A stretch of 64,000 nt of DNA from contig OZ024743.1 of the NCBI GenBank assembly GCA_964016885.1, forward strand, positions 69,006,001 to 69,070,000. The letters are read 5' to 3'. Within the stretch, counting starts at the first letter, position 1. Each line of letters starts with the position of its first letter. A model generated the notes under the pieces. The model was not told where the DNA came from and did not search any database. It worked only from the letters and a program-made list of their open reading frames with translations. This document shows positions 27,748-40,178 of the stretch, in pieces. The DNA comes from Eledone cirrhosa. Lineage: Eukaryota. The position numbers and the translations under genes are program-made.

Positions 27748-28075
27748 TCATATTGTTGTAATAATATTGCCAGAAAAAATAACAGAACACACTCACTGTT
27801 TGGTTGGTTTTCGCTTCTGTATCTTTTATATCTAAATAGTTAATTTATTTGGCAATGAACGTTTATCATTGATTGACCAACGGTTAAAAATACAGATATA
27901 AATATATATATATAGTCGATCAAAGTTCTTTTGTTACACATCTGCAACATCATCAGTGGTACTATTATTATGTTCCCTCCTAATGTATTTTATTGTATTG
28001 TAATGTCTACACCATTTTTATGAGTGTTCTGTTATTATTTCTGGCAATATGACCCCCGCCAAGTATAACAATATT
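27748..28075. repeat. Fold-back fragment (family F)
   Basis: 27764-27796 inverted against 28021-28050; same sequence at 21758-21852. Confidence 0.55.
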
Positions 28076-28118
28076 TGTTTCGACACACGATTTCATATCA
28101 AAACCCTTGTAAAACACG

Positions 28119-28226
<108 letters not shown>

Positions 28227-28315
28227 CAGAAGGATATTTAATTTGTTGGAAATTCAACAAATATAAATGTTTATAACAGATTCAGAGCACTCGACATATT
28301 TCTGGAGTAAATATT

Positions 28316-28656
28316 CAATGATATTAAATAAATGGAAGCCATATTTATAAAAGCATATTTATTCTATTATATATATTTCAAGGGTACTAAAGCTTTGGTA
28401 CGCTTTCATCAGATAAAATACAAAGTGTGTTTTATAAATTTTGACATAGCCATGGAACATGAATTTTCCTTGAATTTTCCTATTTATCGAAGGAAAATTA
28501 AACTGATAAAGTATGTTCCTTGGGTATGTCAAAATGTATAAAACACACTTTGTATTTTGTCTGATGAAAGCGTACCAAAGTTTTTGGTACCCTTGAAATA
28601 TATATAATAGAATATATATGGTTTTATAAATATAGTTTCCATTTATTTAATATCAT

Positions 28657-28658
<2 letters not shown>
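28316..28658. repeat. Fold-back with ~145-bp arms, one HHR on each arm (28360-28420 minus; 28553-28614 plus)
   Basis: Plus HHR: TATTTTGT-CTGATGA-AAGCGTACCAAAG ttt TTGGTACCCTT-GAAA-TATATA-TA-ATAGAATA. Confidence 0.9.
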
Positions 28659-28705
<47 letters not shown>

Positions 28706-29054
28706 CCCTTAATTTAATTTTGGATATATATATATATATATATATTACAATTCAGTCATAGTTCTATTTATTTCTAGTTGTAATATTTCTATTTACTTAT
28801 CTCATTGTCGAAACACATCCACGAATTTCCTAACTATTTATTATTGCTTTGTTGTGATATTGTCTCACATGCAGATTAGCAGCTGAGTGGCTGTCCAGCA
28901 TGTTGTATAAACTGCATTTCCAGTTTAATACCAAAATAGTGTGCGAAACCGTATGCCAGCATTTGGATTAACAAAGTGGCGAGGCGTTTATTAGTTCATC
29001 CTACGTAAATGATTCTGCGTATATTTCCTGCGAATATATACAAAAATACACACG

Positions 29055-29139
<85 letters not shown>

Positions 29140-29213
29140 ATAAACATATATAAACATATATATATATATATGTTTATAATATAAGATCAAAAGATGGTTA
29201 AAAGAGTTCCAAG

Positions 29214-29284
29214 TATTTTATTATGGGTATTTCAAAAACAAATATCATCATGGGATGATATTAGCGTTCTCATCAGATAAAATA
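29214..29284 (-). ncRNA. HHR of PLE3 3' pLTR
   Basis: rc: TATTTTAT-CTGATGA-long stem II (AATATCATC ccat GATGATATT)-GAAA-TACCCA-TA-ATAAAATA. Confidence 0.75.
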
Positions 29285-31874
29285 GGGAGACAATATATGA
29301 AGCTTAAAAAACACTTGCGAGCAGTGAAGTATTAAATCAACCTATGAAAAATAAACTTAAGATGGGAGGTTGGGAAAAAGGACGGGGGGGGGAGGAAAAA
29401 TGTAAGGAAGAGGAAGAAAGAAAATAAAGGATGACAGGGGAGGAGTATAAGAAGGAAGGGTGAGAGAGGAGGAGAAATGAGTGATAGAGAGAGAGAAATA
29501 GCCTTTACAACTGAGAAAACATTGTCTCACAGAGAGAAATTAAAAAACTGTTGGAAGATAATAGATAATTTAAAAAGATTTTGAAATTAAAAGTTAATGA
29601 GGTTTATGAATGGTGATGTTTATGATTAAAGAAAAAGGAATTAAGAATAGTATTTATTTAAGGTTTATATATTGAAGGGTTTTATAATATGTGCGAAAAA
29701 AAAGAATTTAATATGTATTATTAAAATAAAAATATTAAGGATATTAAGGATATAATGTGAAAGAAGGAGTGATTAAATGAATTATGAACTTAGAGGAATT
29801 AGTTAGGATTTAAGTTTGTTTTTATGTATTGTAATATGTAAAAGTAAATAATAGGTTTAATACGAGCACGGAAGGAGAGAAGAAAGAATAAAATTTAAGG
29901 GGGGAAAAATATATAACGTCAAAAAGTATATATGTTTACAAAAATTTACTATTGTAATATTATTATATATTAAAAAAATATAGTTTGTATGGACAAGAAT
30001 ATAAGGAAAAATGCAAAAATGCTATAGTGAGTAATAATATGAATTAAGAAGTAATTGAGAAGTAAAGGTTACAGATTAAAAATTAGAAATTAAAAAAAGA
30101 AAAAAAGGAAGAAAGGAAAAAGGATAAAAAGAAGAAAGATAGGGGACCTCTAACGACATAGAATGAGTAAATTGTATAATATAATATAGTGAAATAAGGT
30201 AGAAAGATGGGTATATTTGTAAAAGATATAAAATCAGTTGAGAAAAGAAGATTTTAAACTAATTAGGTATTGAGATATTAGCTGTATACTTTATGAGATT
30301 TATGCAAGCAGAGCAAAAATAAATCCGTACGTCTATTTATTATAGAATTAAAATTAGATATTATGGTAAATTTCTCGGCTAGGCAGTGATTACATACTTT
30401 GGATAGGCAAGAATTCCGGTAAGAAAAGGCGTTGCAAACCTTCCTCCAAGAGATGTTATACTTAATATTTTTGTCTTTAAAGGACCATATGAGTTCCGAG
30501 AGTGCCGTGTTATTTCTTTTAAGCTGGTATTTAAAAAAGACGAATTGTGATTATAAATCTTGCTTTAAAGGAAGGGGAAGTGGCACCGAAATAGGTAAAA
30601 GAATTAGTACCAGTTATAACCTTACATTCATACCGTAAGTTTTTATCAAGTCAATGGTTATTAAGAGGACATTTACTTCTAACAGTGCAATTACAAATAC
30701 GATTAGAGAAATTAACAGAGTTATTAACAAGTGACCTAGTATTATTTATAGAAGGAATTGGATTGGAGAAATTATTTACGATGGGAATTATAGTTTCCTG
30801 ATTTAGATTGGTGTTATGAACATTCAATGAAGTTACGTTTGACGTCGTATTTAAATTTACTGAATCTAGCCTAGAGTTAACATTGACGTCAAGTTTACTA
30901 TTGCTATTATTATGACGCTCAGTGTTGGATGGATATAATTTATTATTTAATATGTTATTATTGTGTTTAGAGATAATGTTAGAGATGTTGGAAGTGGTGG
31001 AATAAGAGAATTTGATATTATGTGTGTTAAAGATGTTACTATAGATATGCGAGGGAGGGACGCATTTACCTAAGGCCCTAAAGAATAGTTTAGGAATATT
31101 ACTAGTAATGGATAGAGAAAAAGGAGCGTTATACCAAATCATATTTTTGTATCTAGGTCTTTTATTTAAGTTATTAGAATGTTCATAATTAACTACTTTA
31201 CTATAAGTCTTTCGATGATTGTTTATTTACTGTATTTAATTTCATCAGGATAACCGGCTTTGGAAAGCGCATTATTATAGTAATTGGCATTAGCGTCTAA
31301 TATAACTTTATTAGAGGATAGATTTGAGATTCTTTTTTCAACATTACTGACTATAGCATTTTTAACGTTAGTGGGATGGTTAGATTTAAAATTAACATAA
31401 TTTAGATTCTCATTGCCGTTATGGTAAGGTTAATATAGGCCAGTGTCAAGATTAAGGGATATATCCAGGAAGTTAGTTAGTTTGACGTTGTTATCAAATT
31501 CAATGTTAAGGTTATGGGGCTTAAATAGACCAAGTATATTGTTCTTAATAATACTAAAGTTAACTAAGTTACAGTTTAAGACAGTAAAAAGGGCATCGTC
31601 ACGATAAATTCCACCGCGAAGTTGAGGAATTTTCTGATTTAAAGAATTCAAAATAAAGATACTAACCAAGTCCGTCAGTTGCGATGAATCGGACGCACCT
31701 ATTGTGATATCAACATTGTTGGAAGTATTAGCTCTAGTCCAATATTCGTTGTTGAATTCCAAGATAGTTTTTCTTGTGGTGAGAATGATGGAAAGTTCAT
31801 CTGTGGTAATGTCAGAATATTTAAATGCGAAAGATATAGCGTTGTTGAGGAGTGAAGGCGAAATCATGTCTCCC

Positions 31875-31945
31875 TATTTTACCTGATGAGAACGCAAATA
31901 TCATCCCATGATGATATTTGTTTTTGAAATGCGCATAATAAAATA
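31875..31945 (+). ncRNA. HHR in inverted pLTR of PLE3
   Basis: TATTTTAC-CTGATGA-GAACGCAAATATCATC ccat GATGATATTTGTTTTT-GAAA-TGCGCA-TA-ATAAAATA. Confidence 0.85.
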
Positions 31946-32078
31946 CTTGGAACTCTTTTAAACATCTTTTGTTCTTATATTATTTATACTCCAGTCCTAT
32001 AAACTGTTGAGTGCTACTTATCCGATATTTGCATTGCTTTATTGTGCTACAATAAAACTCACCTCCTACATATATGTT

Positions 32079-32134
<56 letters not shown>

Positions 32135-32230
32135 CAAACACACACACAAACATATGTGCCTGTATATATATGAGCGTGCATATATGTATATATGTGCGTA
32201 TATATATATATATTTGTGTGTGTGTATATA

Positions 32231-32275
<45 letters not shown>

Positions 32276-32915
32276 AACACACACATACGTATTTGCGTAT
32301 GTGTGTATATATATATACACACATGCACACATACAAACATATGTGCGTTTGCGTATATATATATACACACGCACATATTCACATACATACATATACACAC
32401 ACGTTTGTGTATGTGTGTGAACGAAGTAATAGAAAACAAACGCAAGAGGGAATATGTTTGTTCATCCGTATTTTTTCGTTTATAATTAGTCTCCTTGTAG
32501 ATTAGTCCAATCTCTAACACAGCTCATTATAGGAATGTCTTATTTTGTTCTACTAATGACTTTAATAAAAGGGATTTTAGAAAATGTGAATTTTTCACTT
32601 AATTTAGAAAATCTAATTTGCTGTTTTTTCTACACAGATATTTCTGCCTTTATGCTTTGTTACTCCAACGTTAAGTATTACGCTGTGACACATCGATTCG
32701 AAGAAAATTGAAAGAATAATTAAATAGAAGACAAAATACAGAAAAAAAATGTGAAATCTAATGAAGTTAAGTATGTGCTTGTTGTTTCATTATATAAAAT
32801 TAGTTTATATAAAATTAGTTCATATTCAAATCATATTCTCGTATACATATATATTTACGCACTACATTCAACTAATGTTTACGTTGTTCCTCTTTTTATT
32901 ATATGATATACAAAA

Positions 32916-33131
32916 GGGCTGTGGATTGGCAGTATCAGTAGAGTCGGACACCATGCTTTCCAGCACAGAGTTACGGCCCTTTATTATCTGAGTACAAATC
33001 CCGCCGAGGTTAACTTTGCCTTTTATTCTTATGTGGTCGATGAAATAAAGTACCAGTCACGCACTGGGCTCGATTAAATCGACTTCCCCTGCCCCCAAAT
33101 TGCAGACCTTGTGCCTATATAGGAAACCAAT
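32916..33131 (+). mobile_element. Full-length SINE
   Basis: Head, B-box region and shared core. Confidence 0.85.
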
Positions 33132-33381
33132 ATATGACATACAAATGTATTGGATTGGGGGAAAGGTTAAAGCGTTTCACTAAATATTTTGCAAGATTTA
33201 GTTATGTCTGTTTACATGCAGAGTACAAATCCAACTAAAGTCTTGTTTGCTTTTCATCCTTCCAAGGTCGTTAAAATAACGTAATAGTGAAGTACTGGGG
33301 TTGATACTATAAACGTTGTCCTTTCCCTGAATGTTCGGCTCTATGCTAAAATTGACATCATTATATATATTATCTTTGTGA

Positions 33382-33500
33382 AGGTGTGTGGTTGAGTGGT
33401 TAGAAAATTGGATTCGCAATCGTGAGGTTGTAAGTTCGATTCCAGGACCGGGCGATGCGTTATATCCTTGATCAAGAGATTTTATTTCACGTTGCTCCTT
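33382..33500 (+). mobile_element. Second tRNA-derived SINE family, 5' part
   Basis: A-box TGGTTGAGTGGTTAG, B-box GTTCGATTCC, followed by non-tRNA body. Confidence 0.65.
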
Positions 33501-34213
33501 CTACCTGGAGTTGCGACAAATAGATAGTATTAGCAATTGGAAAGACCAACGGAAACATTATTTCCTCGGTCCGATTTGACGTAAGTCGATCGACTGTCAT
33601 ATATTATCTGAAACATACAAATTCACTGATTAAAATACCTACTACTACGACTGTGTTTAATTTTCTCTGTAAATCAAATACTTATTAAAGCTTTATATTT
33701 TTTCCGAGTACCATCATTTTCGAGAGTCTGTTTCCTGCAGGAGAACCGAGACGGAACTTGAAATATTCACAAGATGGAATTTGACGTGTCTTCCATTACG
33801 TCCGAACGCAACAGACTAATAACCATTGCATCGTTTAAATATATCTCTTTTTGGTCGTTCTGCTAGTTCGGTAGAAAAAAAAAACACGATCCTAGTCTCA
33901 ATAATTTCATTTTTATATATTCTTTACAGTATTTGAGAAGTTTGTTAAATTACTTATTGCCTTGTAAGTGGAATTTATTAGGCGGATTTTATGAAGAAAC
34001 CAATCACTCACACAAATGTGTATTTATATAGCAGAATGGATTTAGTAAAAACCTGAGTACTCGATAATTGGGAAAGTAGAGTGTGGTAATATGAATGAGT
34101 CGGGACTGCGACGGCAGAGCTCCTGCAGTTTAGTTCAGAACTAGCTGTTGAGACAGCAGAAGCTCAGTTGTCGGGGGTCCTGAATCCTTCATATACATAT
34201 ATATGTATCATTA

Positions 34214-34510
34214 TCTATAAAAGGCAGATTCTTGTTGTTGTGTGTGTGCATGTTCCATGTTTATACATTTGCAGAATTTCAAACCGATTCGACTCAAAGT
34301 CTGTAAGAATGTTGTAAACGGTCTAACTTCGGTCAACGACTATTTATGTCACTCAAACTCACCCACAATTACGGAGATAATAGATAAAAGTAAATACATG
34401 ACGCTTTTTTCCTCTAATACAATCCGATTACCTCTCTCTATTCCCCTTAAAATTCGATAAAACTACATACATGCTGCAACTTTCTCTTATATACGATTAA
34501 ACTTACAAAC

Positions 34511-34591
<81 letters not shown>

Positions 34592-35179
34592 GAGAGAGAG
34601 AGAGAGAACGTTTGTTTTTGAGTGTGGAACGGTAAAACATTTATTTACTTCAATGACAAAGAGAACTTATTACATTTCATACGAAACAACAATTATTCAA
34701 CAACAACAAAATTAGCGATAAATCTTTTTTAAAACATCTATCAACGAACGTGGAAGAAAGAAGTAGCAGTTCATTTACTATACACAATAATATCCTCTAA
34801 GAGGTCACTAAACCTTCTAGAAACAGCAGCTAACTCTCTCCCATATCATACCACTCATTACTGTCTTAAATTTAGAAAACACACATTAGACAACCATGCA
34901 GACCAACTCCATCGCAGCTCTGTTGTTCGGCTGGCATCGTCTACGCGCGTGTTGCGCAAGTACTGTGAAACAATAAATTTCACCACTTCTTTGCACAGAG
35001 ATAATATCCATAGGCGAAACTACAATTGTCACTGCTGGCGCAGCTCCTGCTTCGGCAGTCCAGGTCTGCAATTCATTCACCCAGTGCCTGGCAGACAAAA
35101 AAGTGCTGCCATAAAATGGGTGGTGCAACCTAACTTTGGTAACTTACCGACCCAGAGCAACGCCGGGCTTTAATGCTAG
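34214..35179 (+). mobile_element. Non-autonomous Helitron-like element
   Basis: A|TC start, subterminal hairpin CCCAGAGCAACGCCGGG, CTAG|T end, no TSD; internal (AG)n. Confidence 0.7.
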
Positions 35180-35196
35180 TATATATATATAAATGT

Positions 35197-35424
35197 AAAA
35201 AAGATGAAATCGAAAATGCAACAGAAGTCTTTTTTTTTTAAATATATATTTATTTTGTTCCTTTACCGGTTTCGCAGTTCTTCTGATGTGAGAAAAACCA
35301 CAAACCGTCCATTTCAATTCTACTCTCGAAAAGCAGAAGAACTGCGAAACCGGTAAAGGAACCAAATAAATATATAGTTTAAAAAAAAAAGACCTCAGTT
35401 GCATCTTCGATTTCATCTTTTTTT
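35197..35424. repeat. Fold-back with ~90-bp arms carrying only the 3' half of an HHR
   Basis: Arms 35197-35285 and 35334-35424; GAAAC-CG-GTA on both arms, no CTGANGA. Confidence 0.75.
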
Positions 35425-35509
35425 CTTATACTTTCACTCGTGTAGGACACCTCGTTTTTTTTTCATTTTATTAATAAACCTCACATTCTAATATATATAT
35501 ATGTATATA

Positions 35510-35565
<56 letters not shown>

Positions 35566-35610
35566 TAGAGAGAGAGAGATACATACATACACACACACAC
35601 GCACACACAC

Positions 35611-35659
<49 letters not shown>

Positions 35660-35664
35660 TACAT

Positions 35665-35698
<34 letters not shown>

Positions 35699-35700
35699 TT

Positions 35701-35732
<32 letters not shown>

Positions 35733-35819
35733 GTAGGAGATGAGTTTTATTGTAGTACAATAAAGCAATGCAGATATCGGATAAGAAGCACTCTACAGTT
35801 TGTAGGACTGGAGTATACA

Positions 35820-36151
35820 TAATATAAGATCAAAAGATGGTTAAAGGAGTTCCATGTATTTTATTATGCGCATTTCAAAAACAAACATCATCATGCAATA
35901 ATATTTGTGTTTTCATCAGATAAAACAGGAGAACATGATATGAAGGCTAAAAAACACTTGTGGATAGTGCAGTTTTAAATCAACATTTTGATTTAAAACT
36001 GCACTATCCACAAGTGTTTTTTAGCCTTCATATCATGTTCTCCTGTTTTATCTGATGAAAACACAAATATTATTGCATGATGATGTTTGTTTTTGAAATG
36101 CGCATAATAAAATACATGGAACTCCTTTAACCATCTTTTGATCTTATATTA
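35820..36151. repeat. Perfect palindrome (164-bp arms, 4-nt spacer) of the PLE3-family pLTR with two HHRs (35857-35927 minus; 36044-36114 plus)
   Basis: Arms are exact reverse complements by reading; HHR TGTTTTAT-CTGATGA-...-GAAA-TGCGCA-TA-ATAAAATA. Confidence 0.95.
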
Positions 36152-36267
36152 TATATATATATATATATATGATAGAACAGTGCCTTTCATGGACAATAAT
36201 TGTATTACTGCAGAATCGAGCGACTGATTCCTTTTTACAAAAACAATTAATTTTAAAATGTGCTTGT

Positions 36268-36349
<82 letters not shown>

Positions 36350-36377
36350 CGTCAGATATAATGCATTAAGGTATTCA

Positions 36378-36480
36378 TTGCGGCTCTCGGCTCTCTGAGT
36401 TCAATTCCCGCCGGATCATCTTCACCTTTCTTCCTTTCGAGGTCGATAAATAAAGTACCAGTATAAAACTGGGGTCGATT
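36378..36480 (+). mobile_element. Diverged SINE fragment
   Basis: GAGTTCAATTCCCGCC ... GGTCGATAAATAAAGTACCAGT. Confidence 0.7.
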
Positions 36481-36723
36481 CTTCTTCTATATCTCTTTCT
36501 CACTTCTTTTCTATCACTTTCTACCTATCTCTGGAAGAAATCCTCTGTATTCAGACTTGAAAGAAGATGGGCTCCGCCAGCCCTAAAATACCCAAGAAGC
36601 GCCGTATGTCAAAACGACGCCCCTACGTCTACCACGAGATACGGGACTATACATAATATATATATATATATATATATATAACATATATAAATATATATAT
36701 AAATATATATATATATATATGGA

Positions 36724-36946
36724 ATAGAATGAAACAAAATTTCATTTCTCACTCTTAGTACGGCAGTTACTTAAATGTAAGTATGCATGTATGTATACGT
36801 ACATACATATATGTATACAGACATACAGTAGTATGTTTGTTTACAAACAAACAAACAGAGCATTATAATAAATGTTCGATAAACCGATACGTGCATATAT
36901 ATATATGTGCATGTATGTGGATATATACATACTACTGTACGTCTGT

Positions 36947-36950
<4 letters not shown>
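36724..36950. repeat. Fold-back of family A pLTR 3' end
   Basis: First half is the rc of ~50132-50230, second half matches ~50050-50155 directly. Confidence 0.7.
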
Positions 36951-36978
<28 letters not shown>

Positions 36979-37029
36979 GGTAATAATAGTAATATAGTAA
37001 TAATAGTGATATATATATATATATATATG

Positions 37030-37344
37030 GGGTAACAAGTTATCGTTATGGGTAATCCAGTTAGAGGTTATGAGTACTCTGCGTCGTGGATAGTTTTTAC
37101 GTACGGTTTTGTTTAACTCATCAAGATGTTTCCATAGTTAGGCAGTGAGTTCGCGGTAATTCCTATGTAGGTTATACTTGGAGTAATAATAGTGAAAGAA
37201 AGAAGGTTGGCTGTACAACAAGAGACTTCAGGTATAGAGCGATTAGCGACCTCTTGACTCCCCTGATCAATGAAACAATTGTCAATACCCGAAATAAAGC
37301 ACCTTGTTGTACAGCCAACCATATTACTCTTCATTCTTTCACTA
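37030..37344 (-). mobile_element. PLE GIY-YIG fragment joined to a small fold-back
   Basis: rc TPSITYIGITANS; inverted arms 37190-37222 / 37303-37344; GAAAC-AATT-GTC half-HHR at ~37272. Confidence 0.5.
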
Positions 37345-37671
37345 TATATATATATATATATTCGTTCTTCTCTTCTCCTCTTGTTCCGTCCAAACCACCA
37401 TCCTAAACCTTGTTTTTAGTAACCACACAGCTCCTTTCGTTTCTTATAATTTTGTATTTACCGCAGTGACCCCCCCCCCCCCCAATCTACCTGTTTGTTC
37501 CTATCCCACTTTCGCATCGACCCTCCCTTCTCTCTTGCCTTCTACTCCTCTCTCTCCCTCTCTGTACCCATCCGTTCGGTTTTGATTGTTGACATGTTTA
37601 CGCGTGTCGTAAAAACTCCTCTGTTCGCAATCTTTTACCTTCTCCCTCTCACTTCCGGTTGCTCTTTCTTA

Positions 37672-37703
<32 letters not shown>

Positions 37704-38189
37704 TCTACGATGTACTCGATACGCTAATACCGTCCTCTTGTTAGCGCACCGTACCGGGCTTATGTCTACCATGTTTGCTATAACTTATCCTATTTTTTCA
37801 CGGTTATTCACTTGCATGTTCCTTTGTCCTGTGTCTCCCCACGATGGGATCTGTTCACCTGTTTTTCTCTCCTTTGTTTCTTTCTTCTACTCTCCTCACC
37901 CCTTTCCTCCTTTGTTCTTCTCCCTCTTTTCCTTCTTTTTCCGTCGCTTTTCTCTTCTTTTCCTCCTGGCCCTTTGATTAGGAAAAGGCCTCGGGTGCAA
38001 CACGGATCGCTACAGATGTCCTGTAAATAAACGCCGAAACATCTGGATCGCAGATTACAGCTGACGAAGGAATATTTCTTCTTTTCTTCTCTTATTCCGT
38101 CCAAACGACCATCCTGAACCTTGTTTTTAGTAACCACACAGCTCCTTTCGTTTTATATATATATATATATATATATATCTATATATATA

Positions 38190-38274
<85 letters not shown>

Positions 38275-39124
38275 CTCGGATACAGACACGCCGAAGTACA
38301 TTTTGAGTAAATATAATTGAATTATGAGTTATATATGTTTATATATGTGTGTTACATAACTGTATATATGTACACATGCCCATATACAGAAAGAAACTTA
38401 CGTTTAAATATACACAAGTACGTAAGTACCTATGTACAGCGGTGTTGTGTCCTTGAGCGTTTGATACAGGTCACTCTTTTCTAAAAAAAATCAGCTGTAT
38501 TTGTGATTTACTCACATTGTCACACACTGTATCATGATGGACTATGAGATGTATGCTAAAGGTACACGTCGCTATGGAATGCTCAGTCTCTTGAACACTA
38601 ATTTCAATAGCAGGTGGCTCTTTTGATTAAATAACTAGTACACTCACCGTCAGAACCGACGGAAGTCCACTACATGTATGTACTCATGTGTGTGTGCGTG
38701 TGTGTGCAGATGCATGTGTGTAAGTATGCGCGTGTGTATATATGTATATATGTATATCTGTATGTGTATATGTATATAAGTATGTCTGTATGTGTGTATA
38801 TATATATGTATATATATGTATGCATGTGACCATATATTCGAGTGTGTAAACTGTTTCATCTGCCTGCCGTACATATGTCTTTGATGTAGGTCAGTGGTGT
38901 TATGCTGTGAGGACAGATGAATAAAGTAAGTAATAAAGCAGATCAAAGGATCAAATCACGGCAGGAATCTGATAGTTCATCCTTGAGGACCTCCCATGCG
39001 GATTTCTTGTTGAAGTAGATAGTATTAGCATTGCCTTGTAAATAATAACTAACATACTGTGTGGTTATCTCGCTCCACATTATATATATACTCTTACAGT
39101 CATACAGCCATACGCATGTATATT

Positions 39125-39156
<32 letters not shown>

Positions 39157-39899
39157 GTATATGTATATATGTATATATATATATATATATAGGTATGTAT
39201 GTATATGTATGTATATGCATAATATATATAGATACTATATATGTTAGTATGTGTGTGTTTTATACATTATCCAATGTAGTGTTAACTAATATTTTCTGCC
39301 AGTCTTTTCGTAATGAAAATATTCATAAAAGCATTTACGATTTCGATTATCTTGATTTTCTCCCATATCCATCTATACCGGCGACCTATAAACCTCAAAT
39401 TGTAGCAATTGTGTCAAACTAGCTTCCGAAATATGTTTATATAACTTTTCCGGTGGGGTGGTGCCAAAAACTCACCATATTTCCTGACACTGTCTATCTA
39501 TTATCCGTTCATAAGATGAGAGACTGTAAAATATTATGAATGTAATCAAATTATATTACTATAAACTTTAATCACATTATATATCTAATTCTTGAGAAAT
39601 TATAGTTTTACCACATTGCATTCTGTCATCCGACAAATCAAAATTCCCTTTAAAATGTGTGATTATACACAGGTAAATAATATATTATCTCGATTTTATT
39701 AATTCAAGGAAGTCAAGTTTTTTTCATTCATAATATCATTTGTTTAATTATCATTTGGATTACCGTCCAGATGTAAGACAACTGCTTGGTTGGATTCTGA
39801 GATGAATCCTTTTAGAAGCAGGTAATTGTGTTGGTCCTCTGGAGATCATTCACCCTCAGCAATCCTGGGTATTGCTTTCAAATGCGCTCGCCTCACAAA

Positions 39900-40123
39900 T
39901 GGAATTTATTGGACATATTACAATCATTTCTCTGGCGACCTGCTCGAGAAACGATGATCGAACCGGACGATGTGATGATTGAACCTGACTCTGAAAATTG
40001 CAAGCTCCTCAGATACGTCTTGATTCTATGAAGCAGATTTTCAGAGTCAGGTTTGATGATCACATCGATCGTGCCTCGATCTGGTCGCCAGAGAAACGAT
40101 GGTAGTATGTCCAATAAATTCCA
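39900..40123. repeat. Fold-back with ~95-bp arms
   Basis: TGGAATTTATTGGACAT...CTGAAAAT mirrored by ATTTTCAGAGTCAGG...GTCCAATAAATTCCA. Confidence 0.8.
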
Positions 40124-40178
40124 TTCGTCGCAACACTGATTTTCTTTTTTTCTGTAATATATATATATATATATATAT

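Larger units (their letters stand above)
29175..32068 (-). mobile_element. 5'-truncated decayed PLE (PLE3) with inverted HHR-bearing pLTR at its 5' end
   Basis: ORF 31430-31867 (GASDSSQLTDLV...GIYRDDAL...NFLDISLNL), ORF 30651-31142 (IWYNAPFS...CNCTVRSKCPL), GIY-YIG LRYECKV...YFGAT, CNHC; 31866-31984 is the rc of ~29175-29291. Confidence 0.92.

Noticed and set aside
33382-33450. tRNA gene
   Set aside because: Acceptor stem does not pair, no poly-T terminator, runs into a SINE body
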